In this document: piece after piece, positions 19,459 through 29,314 of the stretch
Layout: every line of letters begins with the position of its first letter
Position numbering within the stretch: the stretch's first letter is position 1
Origin: an uncultured bacterium
Lineage (GTDB): Bacteria > UBA8481
DNA length: 64,000 bases
Reading direction: 5' to 3'
Assembly (NCBI GenBank): GCA_964499705.1
Contig: CAZCME010000008.1
Location: forward strand, 62,001-126,000
Notes under the pieces: generated by a model
The model's database searches: none
The model's input: the letters and a program-made list of their open reading frames with translations, nothing else
What the model was told of the DNA's origin: nothing
Program-made: the position numbers and the translations under genes

Positions 19459-20430
19459 ATGTACATCGTCACCGGCGGAGCGGGATTCATCGGGAGCGCC
19501 TTCATCGCGCATCTGAACAGCATGGGGATCGACGATATCCTCGTCGTCGATTCGCTGGGAACGTCCGAGAAATGGAAGAATCTCGTCAACAGGCGCTACA
19601 TGGATTACATCCAGAAGAGCGACTTTATCGAGATCATCGCCCGCGATCGCGTTCCGGAGCCCGTGACCGCGCTTATCCACATGGGCGCCTGTTCGTCCAC
19701 GACCGAGCGGAACGTGGACTACCTGATGAAGAACAACACGCGCTACACGCAGACCCTCGCCAAGTGGGCGCTCGAACACGGCGTCCGGTTCGTGTATGCG
19801 TCGAGCGCCGCGACGTACGGCGATGGATCGGCGGGATATGCTGATGACGACGAGACGACAAGGCGCCTGAAGCCTTTGAACGCCTACGGATTTTCCAAGC
19901 AGGTCTTCGATCTCTGGTCCCTGAAGGCGGGGCTCGATTCGAAGATGGCCGGCTTGAAATTCTTCAACGTGTACGGCCCGAACGAGTATCACAAGGGCGA
20001 CATGTCGAGCGTCATCTACAAGGCGTACAACCAGATTCGCGAGACCGGACGAGTCCGGCTCTTCAAGTCCTACCGAAAGGAATTCGCGGACGGCGAGCAG
20101 GTGCGCGACTTCATCTACGTGAAGGATTGCATCGACGTGATCTGGTGGTTCGTCCAGAACGGGAACGTCAACGGGATCTTCAACCTCGGCACGGGCAGGG
20201 CTCGAACATGGAAGGATCTCGTGAACGCCGTCTTCCGCGCCATGGAAAAGACTCCGGTGATCGACTACATCGACATGCCTCTCTCGATCCGGGATCGTTA
20301 TCAGTATCATACGGAAGCGGTCATGACACGTCTCCGGGAAGCCGGATACGAATCGCCCTTCCGTTCGCTCGAGGACGGCGTGACTGACTACGTGAGGAAT
20401 CACCTGGCCGGCATCGATCCGTACCTGTAA
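19459..20430 (+). CDS. hldD: ADP-L-glycero-D-manno-heptose 6-epimerase
   Basis: TGGAGFIGS, HMGACSSTTE, YASSAATYG, YGFSK, FNVYGPNEYHKG, YQYHTEA. Confidence 0.93.
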   Translation: MYIVTGGAGFIGSAFIAHLNSMGIDDILVVDSLGTSEKWKNLVNRRYMDYIQKSDFIEIIARDRVPEPVTALIHMGACSSTTERNVDYLMKNNTRYTQTLAKWALEHGVRFVYASSAATYGDGSAGYADDDETTRRLKPLNAYGFSKQVFDLWSLKAGLDSKMAGLKFFNVYGPNEYHKGDMSSVIYKAYNQIRETGRVRLFKSYRKEFADGEQVRDFIYVKDCIDVIWWFVQNGNVNGIFNLGTGRARTWKDLVNAVFRAMEKTPVIDYIDMPLSIRDRYQYHTEAVMTRLREAGYESPFRSLEDGVTDYVRNHLAGIDPYL

Positions 20431-20442
20431 CAAACTTACTCC

Positions 20443-21642
20443 ATGTCCGCTCCCATCATTATCGTCGGCGGAGGCATCGTCGGCCTGGCCACCGCTCGGG
20501 AACTTCTCCTGCGAAATCCGGGCGCGGATGTGCTTCTATTGGAAAAAGAGGCGCACCTCGCCACGCATCAGACCGGGCACAACAGCGGCGTGATTCATTC
20601 CGGCGTTTATTATGCTCCGGGATCAGCCAAGGCTCTGGGTTGCCGCGAAGGCGTAGCCCTGATGAACGAGTTCTGCGATCGTCACGACATCCCGAGGCGT
20701 GCCGTCGGCAAGGTGATCGTCGCGACACTTCCTGGAGAACTTCCCGGGCTGGAAAAGCTCCACCGGCAGGGCGTCGCGAACGGACTTTCAGATCTCCGTA
20801 TGCTCGATCGGGATGCTCTCCGCGAAGTAGAGCCCGCCGTGACGGGTCTGGCCGCGCTGCACATCCCCGGCGTCGCGATCGTGGACTACACGCGGGTCTG
20901 CGAAAAACTGCGGAAGGAAATCGATGAAGCCGGAGGCATCATTCGCACCCACAGTCACGTCTACAAGGTCATTTGCTACCCATCTGAAATCATTGCCGTG
21001 ACAGATACCGATGAATACCGCGGCACATTTCTCATCAACTGCGGAGGGCTCCAATGCGACCGCGTCGCCCGGGCCTCCGGCATCGAGCCGCCGGTTCGCC
21101 TCATTCCGTTCCGCGGCGAGTATTACACGCTCCGCAAGGAAGTCGCCGATACCGTGCGGGGCCTCGTGTATCCGGTACCCGATCCTCGCTATCCCTTTCT
21201 CGGAGTTCACCTCACGCCGACGCTGACCGGCGACGTGACGGCGGGCCCCAACGCCGTCCTGGCGCTGGCGCGCGAGGGCTATCGCTGGACCGACATCTCT
21301 CTGCGCGACATCAGGGAAATGACAATGTACTCCGGATTCTGGCGGATGGCGGCGCAGCATTGGCGAACGGGCGTGTACGAGGTATCCCGTTCGCTCTCCC
21401 GGAAATCCTACGCCGATTGCGTCCGCAGGTTTCTTTCCGACCTCTCGGTCGACGATCTCGGTCCCGGAGGATCAGGCGTACGGGCCCAGGCGGTCGATGC
21501 GTCAGGACAACTGATCCACGATTTTCTGCACGTTCGGCAGGAACGCGCCGTGCATATCCTGAACGCTCCTTCTCCGGCCGCGACCGCGTCGCTCTCGATC
21601 GCGAAGAGGATCGTGGATCTTATCGAGCCAGGTTCAATTTGA
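20443..21642 (+). CDS. lhgO: L-2-hydroxyglutarate oxidase
   Basis: GGGIVG, HQTGHNSGVIHSG, PFRGEY, YPVPDP, GVRAQA, NAPSPAATAS. Confidence 0.9.
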   Translation: MSAPIIIVGGGIVGLATARELLLRNPGADVLLLEKEAHLATHQTGHNSGVIHSGVYYAPGSAKALGCREGVALMNEFCDRHDIPRRAVGKVIVATLPGELPGLEKLHRQGVANGLSDLRMLDRDALREVEPAVTGLAALHIPGVAIVDYTRVCEKLRKEIDEAGGIIRTHSHVYKVICYPSEIIAVTDTDEYRGTFLINCGGLQCDRVARASGIEPPVRLIPFRGEYYTLRKEVADTVRGLVYPVPDPRYPFLGVHLTPTLTGDVTAGPNAVLALAREGYRWTDISLRDIREMTMYSGFWRMAAQHWRTGVYEVSRSLSRKSYADCVRRFLSDLSVDDLGPGGSGVRAQAVDASGQLIHDFLHVRQERAVHILNAPSPAATASLSIAKRIVDLIEPGSI

Positions 21643-24600
21643 CTCCGGCCCGGCCGTACGCTCCCGAGCCATCTCCTGCACCGCCCTCAGATCCAGCTTG
21701 CCCGTGCCCAGCACCGGAATCCTCTCCACTCGGAAGTACGATTCCCTGCGTGGAATCCAGAGATTAGGGAGCCCCGCGTCGCGCAGGGATTTTGTCAGGG
21801 CATCCACATCCAGCGACACCGCGTGAAGAACCACGAGTCGCTCGCCCTTCTCCTCATCCGGCACGCCGGTCACGGCCATGGGAACACCGCTCTCGGCGAT
21901 CGAGGAATCACCGGCCTGCTTCGCGAGAGCCGCCAGGAGCGCCTCCTCCACGCGTCCGTGCGGCACCATCTCACCCGCGATCTTCGAAAAACGCGACAGC
22001 CTGCCCGTGATCCGGACATATCCGTCGCGGTCCATCGCTCCGATGTCCCCCGTCACGTACCACCCGTCGCGGATCACCTGCGCGGTCCTGTCGGGATCTC
22101 CGAGGTAACCCTTCATCACATTCGGTCCCTTCACCTGGAGCATGCCTTCCTCGCCGGTCTTCAGGAGCATTCCGGAATCGGGATCGACGACGCGGATCGT
22201 GACGCCCGGCAGGGGATGACCGATCGAACCTTCCTTGTTGTGCCGGGGAATATTGACCGAGACAACAGGCGCGCATTCCGTCGCACCGTATCCCTCCAGC
22301 AGAGGTGACCCGAACTTGACGCGCCAGGCGCGTCCCAGGTCGAGCGGAAGCTTTTCCGCTCCGACAAGCGTCAGGCGCAGCGCATGGAAATGCTCCTCGG
22401 GAATTTTTCGCAGATACGCGGACGCGAACGTCGGCGTCGCGACAAGGAGCGTGGCACCCATCTCGCCGCTCAACTTCCCGAGGCCTTTCGGATCGAGCGG
22501 ATTCGGATGATAGGCCGCGCCGAAACCGGCGACAAAAGGAAACCAGAGCGTCGCGGTGAAGCCGAAGGAATGGAAGAACGGCAGAGCTCCGAGAATGCGG
22601 TCCGTCGGGCGGATATCGAAGACCTGGGCAAGCCCCTCGATATTCGCGCGGATATTCGAATGCGTCAGCTCTACGCCTTTCGGCAGACCCGTGGATCCCG
22701 AGGAAAATATGATCGTAGCCGTGGAATCGGGATTCGGCTCGCGGGGAAGAACATATCGCCGGAGGAGCGGCAGAGGCATCGGCAGCATGAACATTTCGGT
22801 GAGGAATATTTTCCACTTCGGAATGGACGGAAGGAGATCCTCGACGAAGGCTTCCTCCGCATCACCGAAGGAAACCTTCACCTTCTCGCGAAACTTTCGG
22901 GATGTGATGACCTTTTTAATCCCGCATCGCTCGATCGCGGAGGAAATCGCCTCCTGCGACGACGTGAAGTTCAGGTTCACGGGAACCTTGCCCGCGATCG
23001 TCGCCGCGATATTGACGATCGCTCCGGCGGCCGAGGGCGGAAGCACAACACCGATACACGCCTCTTCGCCGGCCCATCGATCCGCCAGCAGTTTCGAAAC
23101 GGCGAGGAACCGGCCGTAGGGAAGCTTCACTCCCGTCGAATCGGCGACGGCGATCCGGAACCAGCGGCGGCGGGCGGCGCGGACAAATCCCCGCGCCAGC
23201 GTTCCCTTTTCCTCCAGGCTCTCGGCCATCACCTCCGAGCCCATCTCCGCGACCGCGTGGCGGACTTCCTCCACGGTCGAATCGGGCGGCATCGGTTTCC
23301 CGAAGGAGACGGTGACGGGGTATGGAATCTGCCTCGGCCACTTCGTGATGATCCGTCCACCCTCGAACGAGAAGATCGACCCCCAGACCCCTCCGAGGTG
23401 AACGGGAATGATCGGCGCGTTCGCCTCGCGCGCAACCGCTTCGAATCCGCGCCGAAACGCCAGCAGATTGCCGGTGCGGGTGATCTCCCCTTCCGCGAAA
23501 ATGCAGACGATGTGCCCGGCCTTCAATTCCCCGGCGGCCTGCGCCAACGCAATCCTGGTCGACGAGCGAAGGCCCGGCGAGATCGGAATCGCCTTCATCA
23601 GGCGGCAGACCCAGTGGAAGGCGGGATTATCGTAATAACCGCGCAGCATGAGAAAGCGGATGAACCTCTGGACGCAGGCGCCGATGAGGAGCGAATCCGC
23701 GAAGGAGACGTGATTCGCCACGAGGAGAGCCGGACCGCGCTCGGGAATGTTGTCGCGCCCGCGGATGCGGACATCGTAAATCGTGTGAGTGAGGAGCCAC
23801 ATGAGGAAGCGTACGAAGAATTCCTTCAACCAGAGCGAGAGCCCGATGCCGACGATGAGGCTGAAGACGCCCATCACGACAAGAATCCCGGAGGGCGAGA
23901 CGCCGAGCGCCCGAAAACCGGGGAGGACACCGGAGGCGGCGAGCACGCCGACGAAGGTGAGAAAGCCGGAGGCCGCCAGGACCGCGCCGCGTTCCTTCGC
24001 GGGAGCGCGAACCTGGATGATGGACTGGAGCGGAACGGCGAAACAGCCGGATCCGCACCCGAGCAGAAGGACTCCGACCATGACATGCGCTTCCGTCCGG
24101 CCGAAAAGTCCGAGGTCAAGGAGCATGAATGAGATGCCGAGCGCGCCCAGGGGAACGAGTCCGATCTCCACCTTGGGACCGGACCATCGCGCCGCGAGAA
24201 GGGAACCGGCGCCGATGCCGACAGCCAGGATGGTAAGCAGAATACCCGACCAGAGCTCGATTTCCGTGAGCGGGAGATCGGCATACAACGTAAATTTCGC
24301 GAGCAGAAGAAGCGTGAGCTTGATCATCTGGCCGAGAAACCAGAAGTACATGAGGCCGATCATGGGCGCACCGAGCCCCGCGTACGGCAGATGCTTCCGG
24401 ATCGTGCGGAAGACATCGCCGAAGGGATTGAACCAGTCGACCTTGTTGTCCGGCGCGGCCGGTGGCGACTTCCAAACACCGGTGGAGCACAACCACCCAA
24501 GGGACGCCGTACCAAGGCAAAAGAGCGATGCTCCTGAAGGCGATCCATTAAAGAGTCTCAGGAGAAACGATCCGGACGCAGTTCCCAGGACGATGGCGAC

Positions 24601-25056
24601 CAGCGTGACGGCCTGGAGCACGCCATTCGCGCGCGTGATCCGGTCGACGGGAACCGATTCCGGAAGGAGCCCGTATTTCGCGGGCGAGTAGAATGCGGAC
24701 TGCGCGCCTGTCCAGAAGAGCGCGGCCAGGACCAGCGGAACGGAATCCACGTAAAAGGCATAAGCCGCGATCGACATCGCGAGGAGTTCATAGCCGTGCA
24801 TCACGATGAAGACGGAGCGCTTCGAATAACGATCCGCGAGGGCGCCTGCCCACGCCGAGAAGAGCAGGAACGGCACGACGAAGACGCCGGCTGTCATCGC
24901 GAGGATCGCTGATGATGATTCCTCCGAAGCGCTCCTCAGGACAACGAGCGCGACGATCGTCTGGAACGCGCTGTCATTGAAGGCGTTGAAGAAACAGGCC
25001 GCGAGATAGGAGACGAAGGAGGCCGATCGCAGGGGCGAAGGGCCCGATGAATTCAA
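21634..25056 (-). CDS. aas: Fused MFS lysophospholipid transporter / acyltransferase / acyl-ACP synthetase
   Basis: N-terminal MFS (AFND, PAKYG), NHVSFAD and FAEG acyltransferase, SSGSTGLPKG and EGYGATE AMP-binding motifs. Confidence 0.9.
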   Translation of the reverse strand: MNSSGPSPLRSASFVSYLAACFFNAFNDSAFQTIVALVVLRSASEESSSAILAMTAGVFVVPFLLFSAWAGALADRYSKRSVFIVMHGYELLAMSIAAYAFYVDSVPLVLAALFWTGAQSAFYSPAKYGLLPESVPVDRITRANGVLQAVTLVAIVLGTASGSFLLRLFNGSPSGASLFCLGTASLGWLCSTGVWKSPPAAPDNKVDWFNPFGDVFRTIRKHLPYAGLGAPMIGLMYFWFLGQMIKLTLLLLAKFTLYADLPLTEIELWSGILLTILAVGIGAGSLLAARWSGPKVEIGLVPLGALGISFMLLDLGLFGRTEAHVMVGVLLLGCGSGCFAVPLQSIIQVRAPAKERGAVLAASGFLTFVGVLAASGVLPGFRALGVSPSGILVVMGVFSLIVGIGLSLWLKEFFVRFLMWLLTHTIYDVRIRGRDNIPERGPALLVANHVSFADSLLIGACVQRFIRFLMLRGYYDNPAFHWVCRLMKAIPISPGLRSSTRIALAQAAGELKAGHIVCIFAEGEITRTGNLLAFRRGFEAVAREANAPIIPVHLGGVWGSIFSFEGGRIITKWPRQIPYPVTVSFGKPMPPDSTVEEVRHAVAEMGSEVMAESLEEKGTLARGFVRAARRRWFRIAVADSTGVKLPYGRFLAVSKLLADRWAGEEACIGVVLPPSAAGAIVNIAATIAGKVPVNLNFTSSQEAISSAIERCGIKKVITSRKFREKVKVSFGDAEEAFVEDLLPSIPKWKIFLTEMFMLPMPLPLLRRYVLPREPNPDSTATIIFSSGSTGLPKGVELTHSNIRANIEGLAQVFDIRPTDRILGALPFFHSFGFTATLWFPFVAGFGAAYHPNPLDPKGLGKLSGEMGATLLVATPTFASAYLRKIPEEHFHALRLTLVGAEKLPLDLGRAWRVKFGSPLLEGYGATECAPVVSVNIPRHNKEGSIGHPLPGVTIRVVDPDSGMLLKTGEEGMLQVKGPNVMKGYLGDPDRTAQVIRDGWYVTGDIGAMDRDGYVRITGRLSRFSKIAGEMVPHGRVEEALLAALAKQAGDSSIAESGVPMAVTGVPDEEKGERLVVLHAVSLDVDALTKSLRDAGLPNLWIPRRESYFRVERIPVLGTGKLDLRAVQEMARERTAGPESN

Positions 25057-25060
25057 TCGA

Positions 25061-26026
25061 CTACTTGCCCAGGACGTACTGGAATATCAGAGGCGCGACG
25101 ATCGACGCGTCCGACTCGATGATGAAGCGCGGGGTGTCGATATCGAGCTTGCCCCAGGTGATCTTCTCGTTCGGCACCGCGCCGCTGTAGGATCCGAAGG
25201 ACGTCGTCGAGTCGGAGATCTGGCAGAAGTAATCCCAGTACGGGCATTTCTCCTGGAGATCCTGGTGGATGAGCGGAACGACGCAGATCGGGAAATCGCC
25301 CGCGATGCCGCCGGCGATCTGGAAAAATCCGACCGTGTTCTTCTTCGTCATTTTCTTGTACCACCCGATCAGGTTCGCCATCTGCTCCAGTCCCGACCGG
25401 ACGACGCGATCGGTGGAAAGGTCGCCTCTGACGACATGCGAGACGATGATATTCCCGAGCGTGGAGTCCTCCCAGCCGGGCGTGTAGATCGGGAGATTTT
25501 TTTCCGCCGCGGCGATGAGCCAGGAATTCTTCGGATCGATCTGGTAATGCTTCTTCAGGACGCCGCTCCTCAGGAGTTCGTACTTGTATTCATACGGAAA
25601 GTAGCTCTTCCCCGCGCGGTCGGCGGCCTGCCAGAGCTTCAGGATGTGTTTCTCGATCCGGCGGATCGCCTGGTCCTCGGGAATGCAGGTATCGGTGACC
25701 CGGTTCATCCCCTTGTCGCGGAGCGCGGCTTCTTCCTTCGCGGACAGGTTCCTGTAATGGGGAACGCGGATATAGAAATCATGGGCGACGAGATTGAAGA
25801 CATCCTCCTCGAGATTGGCGCCGGTGCAGCAGATGGCGTGCACCTTGTTCTTCCGGATCATCTCCGCGAGCGAGATCCCCAGCTCCGCCGTGCTCATGGC
25901 GCCTCCCAGCGTCATGAACATCTTCCCGCCCTTCTTAAGATGGGCGATGTAGGCTTCCGCGGCGTCCACGATCACGGCGGCATTGAAGTGCCTGTAATTT
26001 TTCCTGATGAATTGCTTGACGGTCAT
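25061..26026 (-). CDS. Deoxyhypusine synthase-like protein (possible homospermidine synthase)
   Basis: GAMSTAELG, TGANLEED, GSYSGAVPNEKITWGK, IESDA. Confidence 0.88.
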   Translation of the reverse strand: MTVKQFIRKNYRHFNAAVIVDAAEAYIAHLKKGGKMFMTLGGAMSTAELGISLAEMIRKNKVHAICCTGANLEEDVFNLVAHDFYIRVPHYRNLSAKEEAALRDKGMNRVTDTCIPEDQAIRRIEKHILKLWQAADRAGKSYFPYEYKYELLRSGVLKKHYQIDPKNSWLIAAAEKNLPIYTPGWEDSTLGNIIVSHVVRGDLSTDRVVRSGLEQMANLIGWYKKMTKKNTVGFFQIAGGIAGDFPICVVPLIHQDLQEKCPYWDYFCQISDSTTSFGSYSGAVPNEKITWGKLDIDTPRFIIESDASIVAPLIFQYVLGK

Positions 26027-26132
26027 TCCTGGATCAACCTCCCGGTGCACGGCATTTTTCGATTGTTAATGCGTTCGTGCGACAATACACTTCCCGAAGA
26101 AAAAATCAATTTTTTCAATGCGGAGGAATGGC

Positions 26133-27260
26133 ATGGCGTCTCGCGCGGGATCTTCAGGAATCACGGCTCTTCTGGCGGCCGCAATCGTCGTCGCGGGATG
26201 TTATCCGCTGGAACTTTCCGTCTCATCCGGAGGCGAGATCGCGATCGCCCGGGCGGAAGGCATCGTCGTCTACAACCCGAAGACCGGCGAAGGGACGATG
26301 ATCCCGCGCGGACACCAGGCCGACGCGCCCGCCTTCGCCGTCATCTCACCGGACGGCTCGAAAGTGCTGCATTCCTGCCTGGAGATCGACGAGAAGGGCA
26401 ACACCGGCAGCCAGTCGCGGATCATCCTGAGCCTCGTGAAGCCCTCGGGCGAAGCGGAAAGCTCCGGCGAGACGGGCGAGATGGCCGTCGTGGAGAACGG
26501 CTGTTTCCTGCAATGGGCTCCGGATGCGAAGGTCTTCTCCTACGGATACGTGAGCGGACAGACGTACGACGGGATCGAGGAGAACCTGCCGGAGATCAAG
26601 ATCATGAATCCGGCGGACAAGAGCGAGCGGCTCGTCAGCCGCAACACATCGCTCATGCACCGCTGGACGCCGGACGGGAAGGGAATCGTCTTCCTGAAGA
26701 CGGAAGCGAAGGACACCGACGGCCGGCTCGGCTCAATCGTGCTCTTCAACACCGCGAACGGCAAGACGAGGAAGATCGCGCGCATCCTGGACGCGGAATG
26801 GTTCGACCTCTCGCCGGACGGCAAGGAGATCATCCTGGCGGCCGCCGCGATGGCGGAACCGGGCAAGACGCCCGTGAAGGAAGAGTATGCCGACAAGGCG
26901 CTGTACCTGGTCACCGTCGCCGACGGAACTTTCAAGCGGCTCGACGGCAACGCGAATTTCGCCCGCTACTCGCCCGACGGAAACCACATCGCGCTCCTCG
27001 CCGAGAACGCCATCTGGGTCACCGGACGCGACGGCGTGAAACCGGAGAAGCCCCTGATGCGCGCCGTGATGGAATTCGACAACGCCAAGTTCCATCCTAC
27101 CTGGATTTCCAGCACCGAGGTGCTGTCCATCGTGAAGCGGGCTGTCTTCGGCGCCGTCGCCCATTCGTGCGAGCTCCAGGCCGGCAACGTCGAGACCGGC
27201 GAAGTGCGATCGCTCCAGGACGGCATCGAGGAATGCGTGAGGAAGGCGAAGACGAAGTAG
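26133..27260 (+). CDS. TolB-like (PD40) beta-propeller lipoprotein
   Basis: Lipobox VAGC; repeated SPDG/TPDG/APDA motifs. Confidence 0.75.
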   Translation: MASRAGSSGITALLAAAIVVAGCYPLELSVSSGGEIAIARAEGIVVYNPKTGEGTMIPRGHQADAPAFAVISPDGSKVLHSCLEIDEKGNTGSQSRIILSLVKPSGEAESSGETGEMAVVENGCFLQWAPDAKVFSYGYVSGQTYDGIEENLPEIKIMNPADKSERLVSRNTSLMHRWTPDGKGIVFLKTEAKDTDGRLGSIVLFNTANGKTRKIARILDAEWFDLSPDGKEIILAAAAMAEPGKTPVKEEYADKALYLVTVADGTFKRLDGNANFARYSPDGNHIALLAENAIWVTGRDGVKPEKPLMRAVMEFDNAKFHPTWISSTEVLSIVKRAVFGAVAHSCELQAGNVETGEVRSLQDGIEECVRKAKTK

Positions 27261-27409
27261 CGGGAGCAAAACGCGCGGACAATCGGATCGACGGATCCGT
27301 TCCGCATCTTGGAAAGAGCGCGGCGCGCGAGCTGACGAATCGACGGATCGCCCCCATCCCGGACTACGAAATGGTTTCCTGTGTCACAGAACTGCGCTAT
27401 TCTTGGCGC

Positions 27410-27808
27410 ATGCGCCTCTTCGGAACCTTCTTCGCCGTCTATGTCTTCATCTTCATTTATGAGTTCGTCTTCCACGGAGTGCTCATCAAGCCGTGGTATG
27501 AGGAGACGATGCATCTCTGGCGCGCGGAGGAGGACTGCGTCATGCCCGCGCTCATGGGCGGACAGATTCTTTTCGCCGCGGCGCTCACCGGCGTCTACGC
27601 GCTCGGATTCAAAGGCTCATCCTTGAAGGACGGGCTCCGGTACGGTGGCATGCTCATGGCGATCTTCGTTCCCCAGCACATCATGATGCACGGCGTCGCG
27701 CCCTACCCTCTCAAGATGACGCTGGGGTGGATCGCCGGCAACGGGCTTGAGATGATCCTTGTCGGAGCGATCCTGGGCGCGCTCTGGAAGCCGAAGCCCG
27801 CGCCCTGA
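27410..27808 (+). CDS. Four-TM hypothetical membrane protein
   Basis: Hydrophobic 132-aa C-terminal part of track ORF 25265..27808; TATTCT 6 nt upstream of ATG. Confidence 0.7.
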   Translation: MRLFGTFFAVYVFIFIYEFVFHGVLIKPWYEETMHLWRAEEDCVMPALMGGQILFAAALTGVYALGFKGSSLKDGLRYGGMLMAIFVPQHIMMHGVAPYPLKMTLGWIAGNGLEMILVGAILGALWKPKPAP

Positions 27809-27870
27809 GACCGCGAGCCGCGCGGGATGCTTTCCCCAGCCGACGCGGACCACGAAATTTCCTATCCGTG

Positions 27871-28464
27871 TTATTTCCGAAAGCACCGATCCTCGTGATC
27901 GTTCACGATGCCGACCGCCTGAAGGTGAGCATAGATCACGGTGGTGCCGACGAATCGAAAACCTCGCTTCTTGAGGTCCTTCGAGATGGCATCGGATAGC
28001 GGCGAAGCGGAGGGTATATCCCGCATGGACCGGATTTTATTCACGATCGGCTCCTCGCCCGCGAAGCTTCGCAGGTAGCGGTCGAACGTTCCAAATTCGT
28101 TTCGCACATCGAGAAACGGTCGCGCGTTGCCGATCGCAGAGCGGATTTTCAGCTCGTTGCGGATGACTCCGGGATCGTTCATCATGCGCCTGAAGTGAAA
28201 TTCATCGAAGCGGGCCACCTTGTTGAAATCGAAATTCGCGAAGTGCTTGCGGTAAGCGGAACGTTTTTTCAGGACCGTGAGCCAAGATAGTCCAGCCTGC
28301 GCCGCCTCCAGCACGAGAAATTCGAAGTGAACGCGGTCGTTTCTGACGCGCCGTCCCCATTCCCGGTCGTGATATCGGGTCAGGAGAGGATGAGCTTCGG
28401 CCCATGCGCAGCGCGCGGCGACCGGTATCTCGGCGGAGCCATTTTTCATGGAGCTATTTTTCAT
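27871..28464 (-). CDS. tag: DNA-3-methyladenine glycosylase I
   Basis: RCAW, YHDREWG, FEFLVLEAAQAGLSW, GFRFVG, GIVNDH. Confidence 0.93.
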   Translation of the reverse strand: MKNSSMKNGSAEIPVAARCAWAEAHPLLTRYHDREWGRRVRNDRVHFEFLVLEAAQAGLSWLTVLKKRSAYRKHFANFDFNKVARFDEFHFRRMMNDPGVIRNELKIRSAIGNARPFLDVRNEFGTFDRYLRSFAGEEPIVNKIRSMRDIPSASPLSDAISKDLKKRGFRFVGTTVIYAHLQAVGIVNDHEDRCFRK

Positions 28465-28587
28465 ATAGCTCCGCCATTATGGACAAAGCGAGATTCTTTG
28501 AAAACCGTTCTTTTTTATTCGAGCGTTCTTCGCATCATCGACAAAACCATAGTCAAGAACCTGAAGACCAGGCTCTCCATAAGCTCG

Positions 28588-28626
28588 TTGACATTCATTA
28601 ATTGAAGCGCTATTAATATATTCAAT
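28588..28626 (+). promoter_or_regulatory. Promoter and candidate TetR operator
   Basis: TTGACA at 28588; inverted repeats TTCA-N5-TGAA and ATTGAA-N14-TTCAAT just upstream of the tetR ATG. Confidence 0.55.
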
Positions 28627-28627
28627 C

Positions 28628-29314
28628 ATGGCTTCAATTAAATCAACCAAGTCGAAATCATCCGCGCCGGCGCGCGGCCGGCCACATCTCCGACCGGCGG
28701 AAAGGGCGCTCCGGCGCCGACACTTCCTGGAAGCGGCCGCGGACTGCTTCGCCCGGAAGGGGCTCGAGGAAACCACGATGGAGGAGATCGCCAGGCAGGC
28801 GGGATATTCCAGCGGCAGTCTCTACATCTACTTCAAGGACAAGCGCGAGCTCTGCCGTGCAGTCTTCGAGGAGCGCATCGCGGCCCTGATGGCCCGGGTC
28901 GCGTCGTGCCGGAATCCGAAGGATCCGGCGAGCGCGGTGCGAAGGGTCGTGCAGGTCGTCTTCGAGCACTGGGAAGCCAAGCGCGACCACTGCCGGCAAT
29001 GCCACACAGCCATGCCGGACCGCGCCTCCTTCGAGTGGAATATCCGCGAGCAGTTCGGGCAGAAGGTCTATGAACATTACCTGAAATATCTTCAGATGGT
29101 GGAGACCATCTGCCGGGACGGTGTCCGGAGAAAGATCTTTTCGGGCGAACCGAGACTGCTGGCGCACTTCCTCGTCGGCATGATGAACTCCACAGTCTTC
29201 CATTGGATGCGCGGCAAAATGAAAGGTTCTCTCACGGCGCACGCCGACGAGGTCGTGCTTTTCTTCATGCAGGGCGCGGCCGAAAAGCGGACTGCGGAGA
29301 GACGAAACCCATGA
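28628..29314 (+). CDS. TetR/AcrR family transcriptional regulator
   Basis: FARKGLEETTMEEIARQAGYSSGSLYIYFKDK HTH; heads the efflux operon. Confidence 0.92.
   Translation: MASIKSTKSKSSAPARGRPHLRPAERALRRRHFLEAAADCFARKGLEETTMEEIARQAGYSSGSLYIYFKDKRELCRAVFEERIAALMARVASCRNPKDPASAVRRVVQVVFEHWEAKRDHCRQCHTAMPDRASFEWNIREQFGQKVYEHYLKYLQMVETICRDGVRRKIFSGEPRLLAHFLVGMMNSTVFHWMRGKMKGSLTAHADEVVLFFMQGAAEKRTAERRNP

Noticed and set aside
22384-24132. 582-aa plus-strand ORF
   Set aside because: Antisense to aas; typical GC-rich shadow ORF without motifs
25265-27409. N-terminal part of the 847-aa track ORF
   Set aside because: Overlaps the DHS-like and beta-propeller genes; only 27410-27808 looks coding
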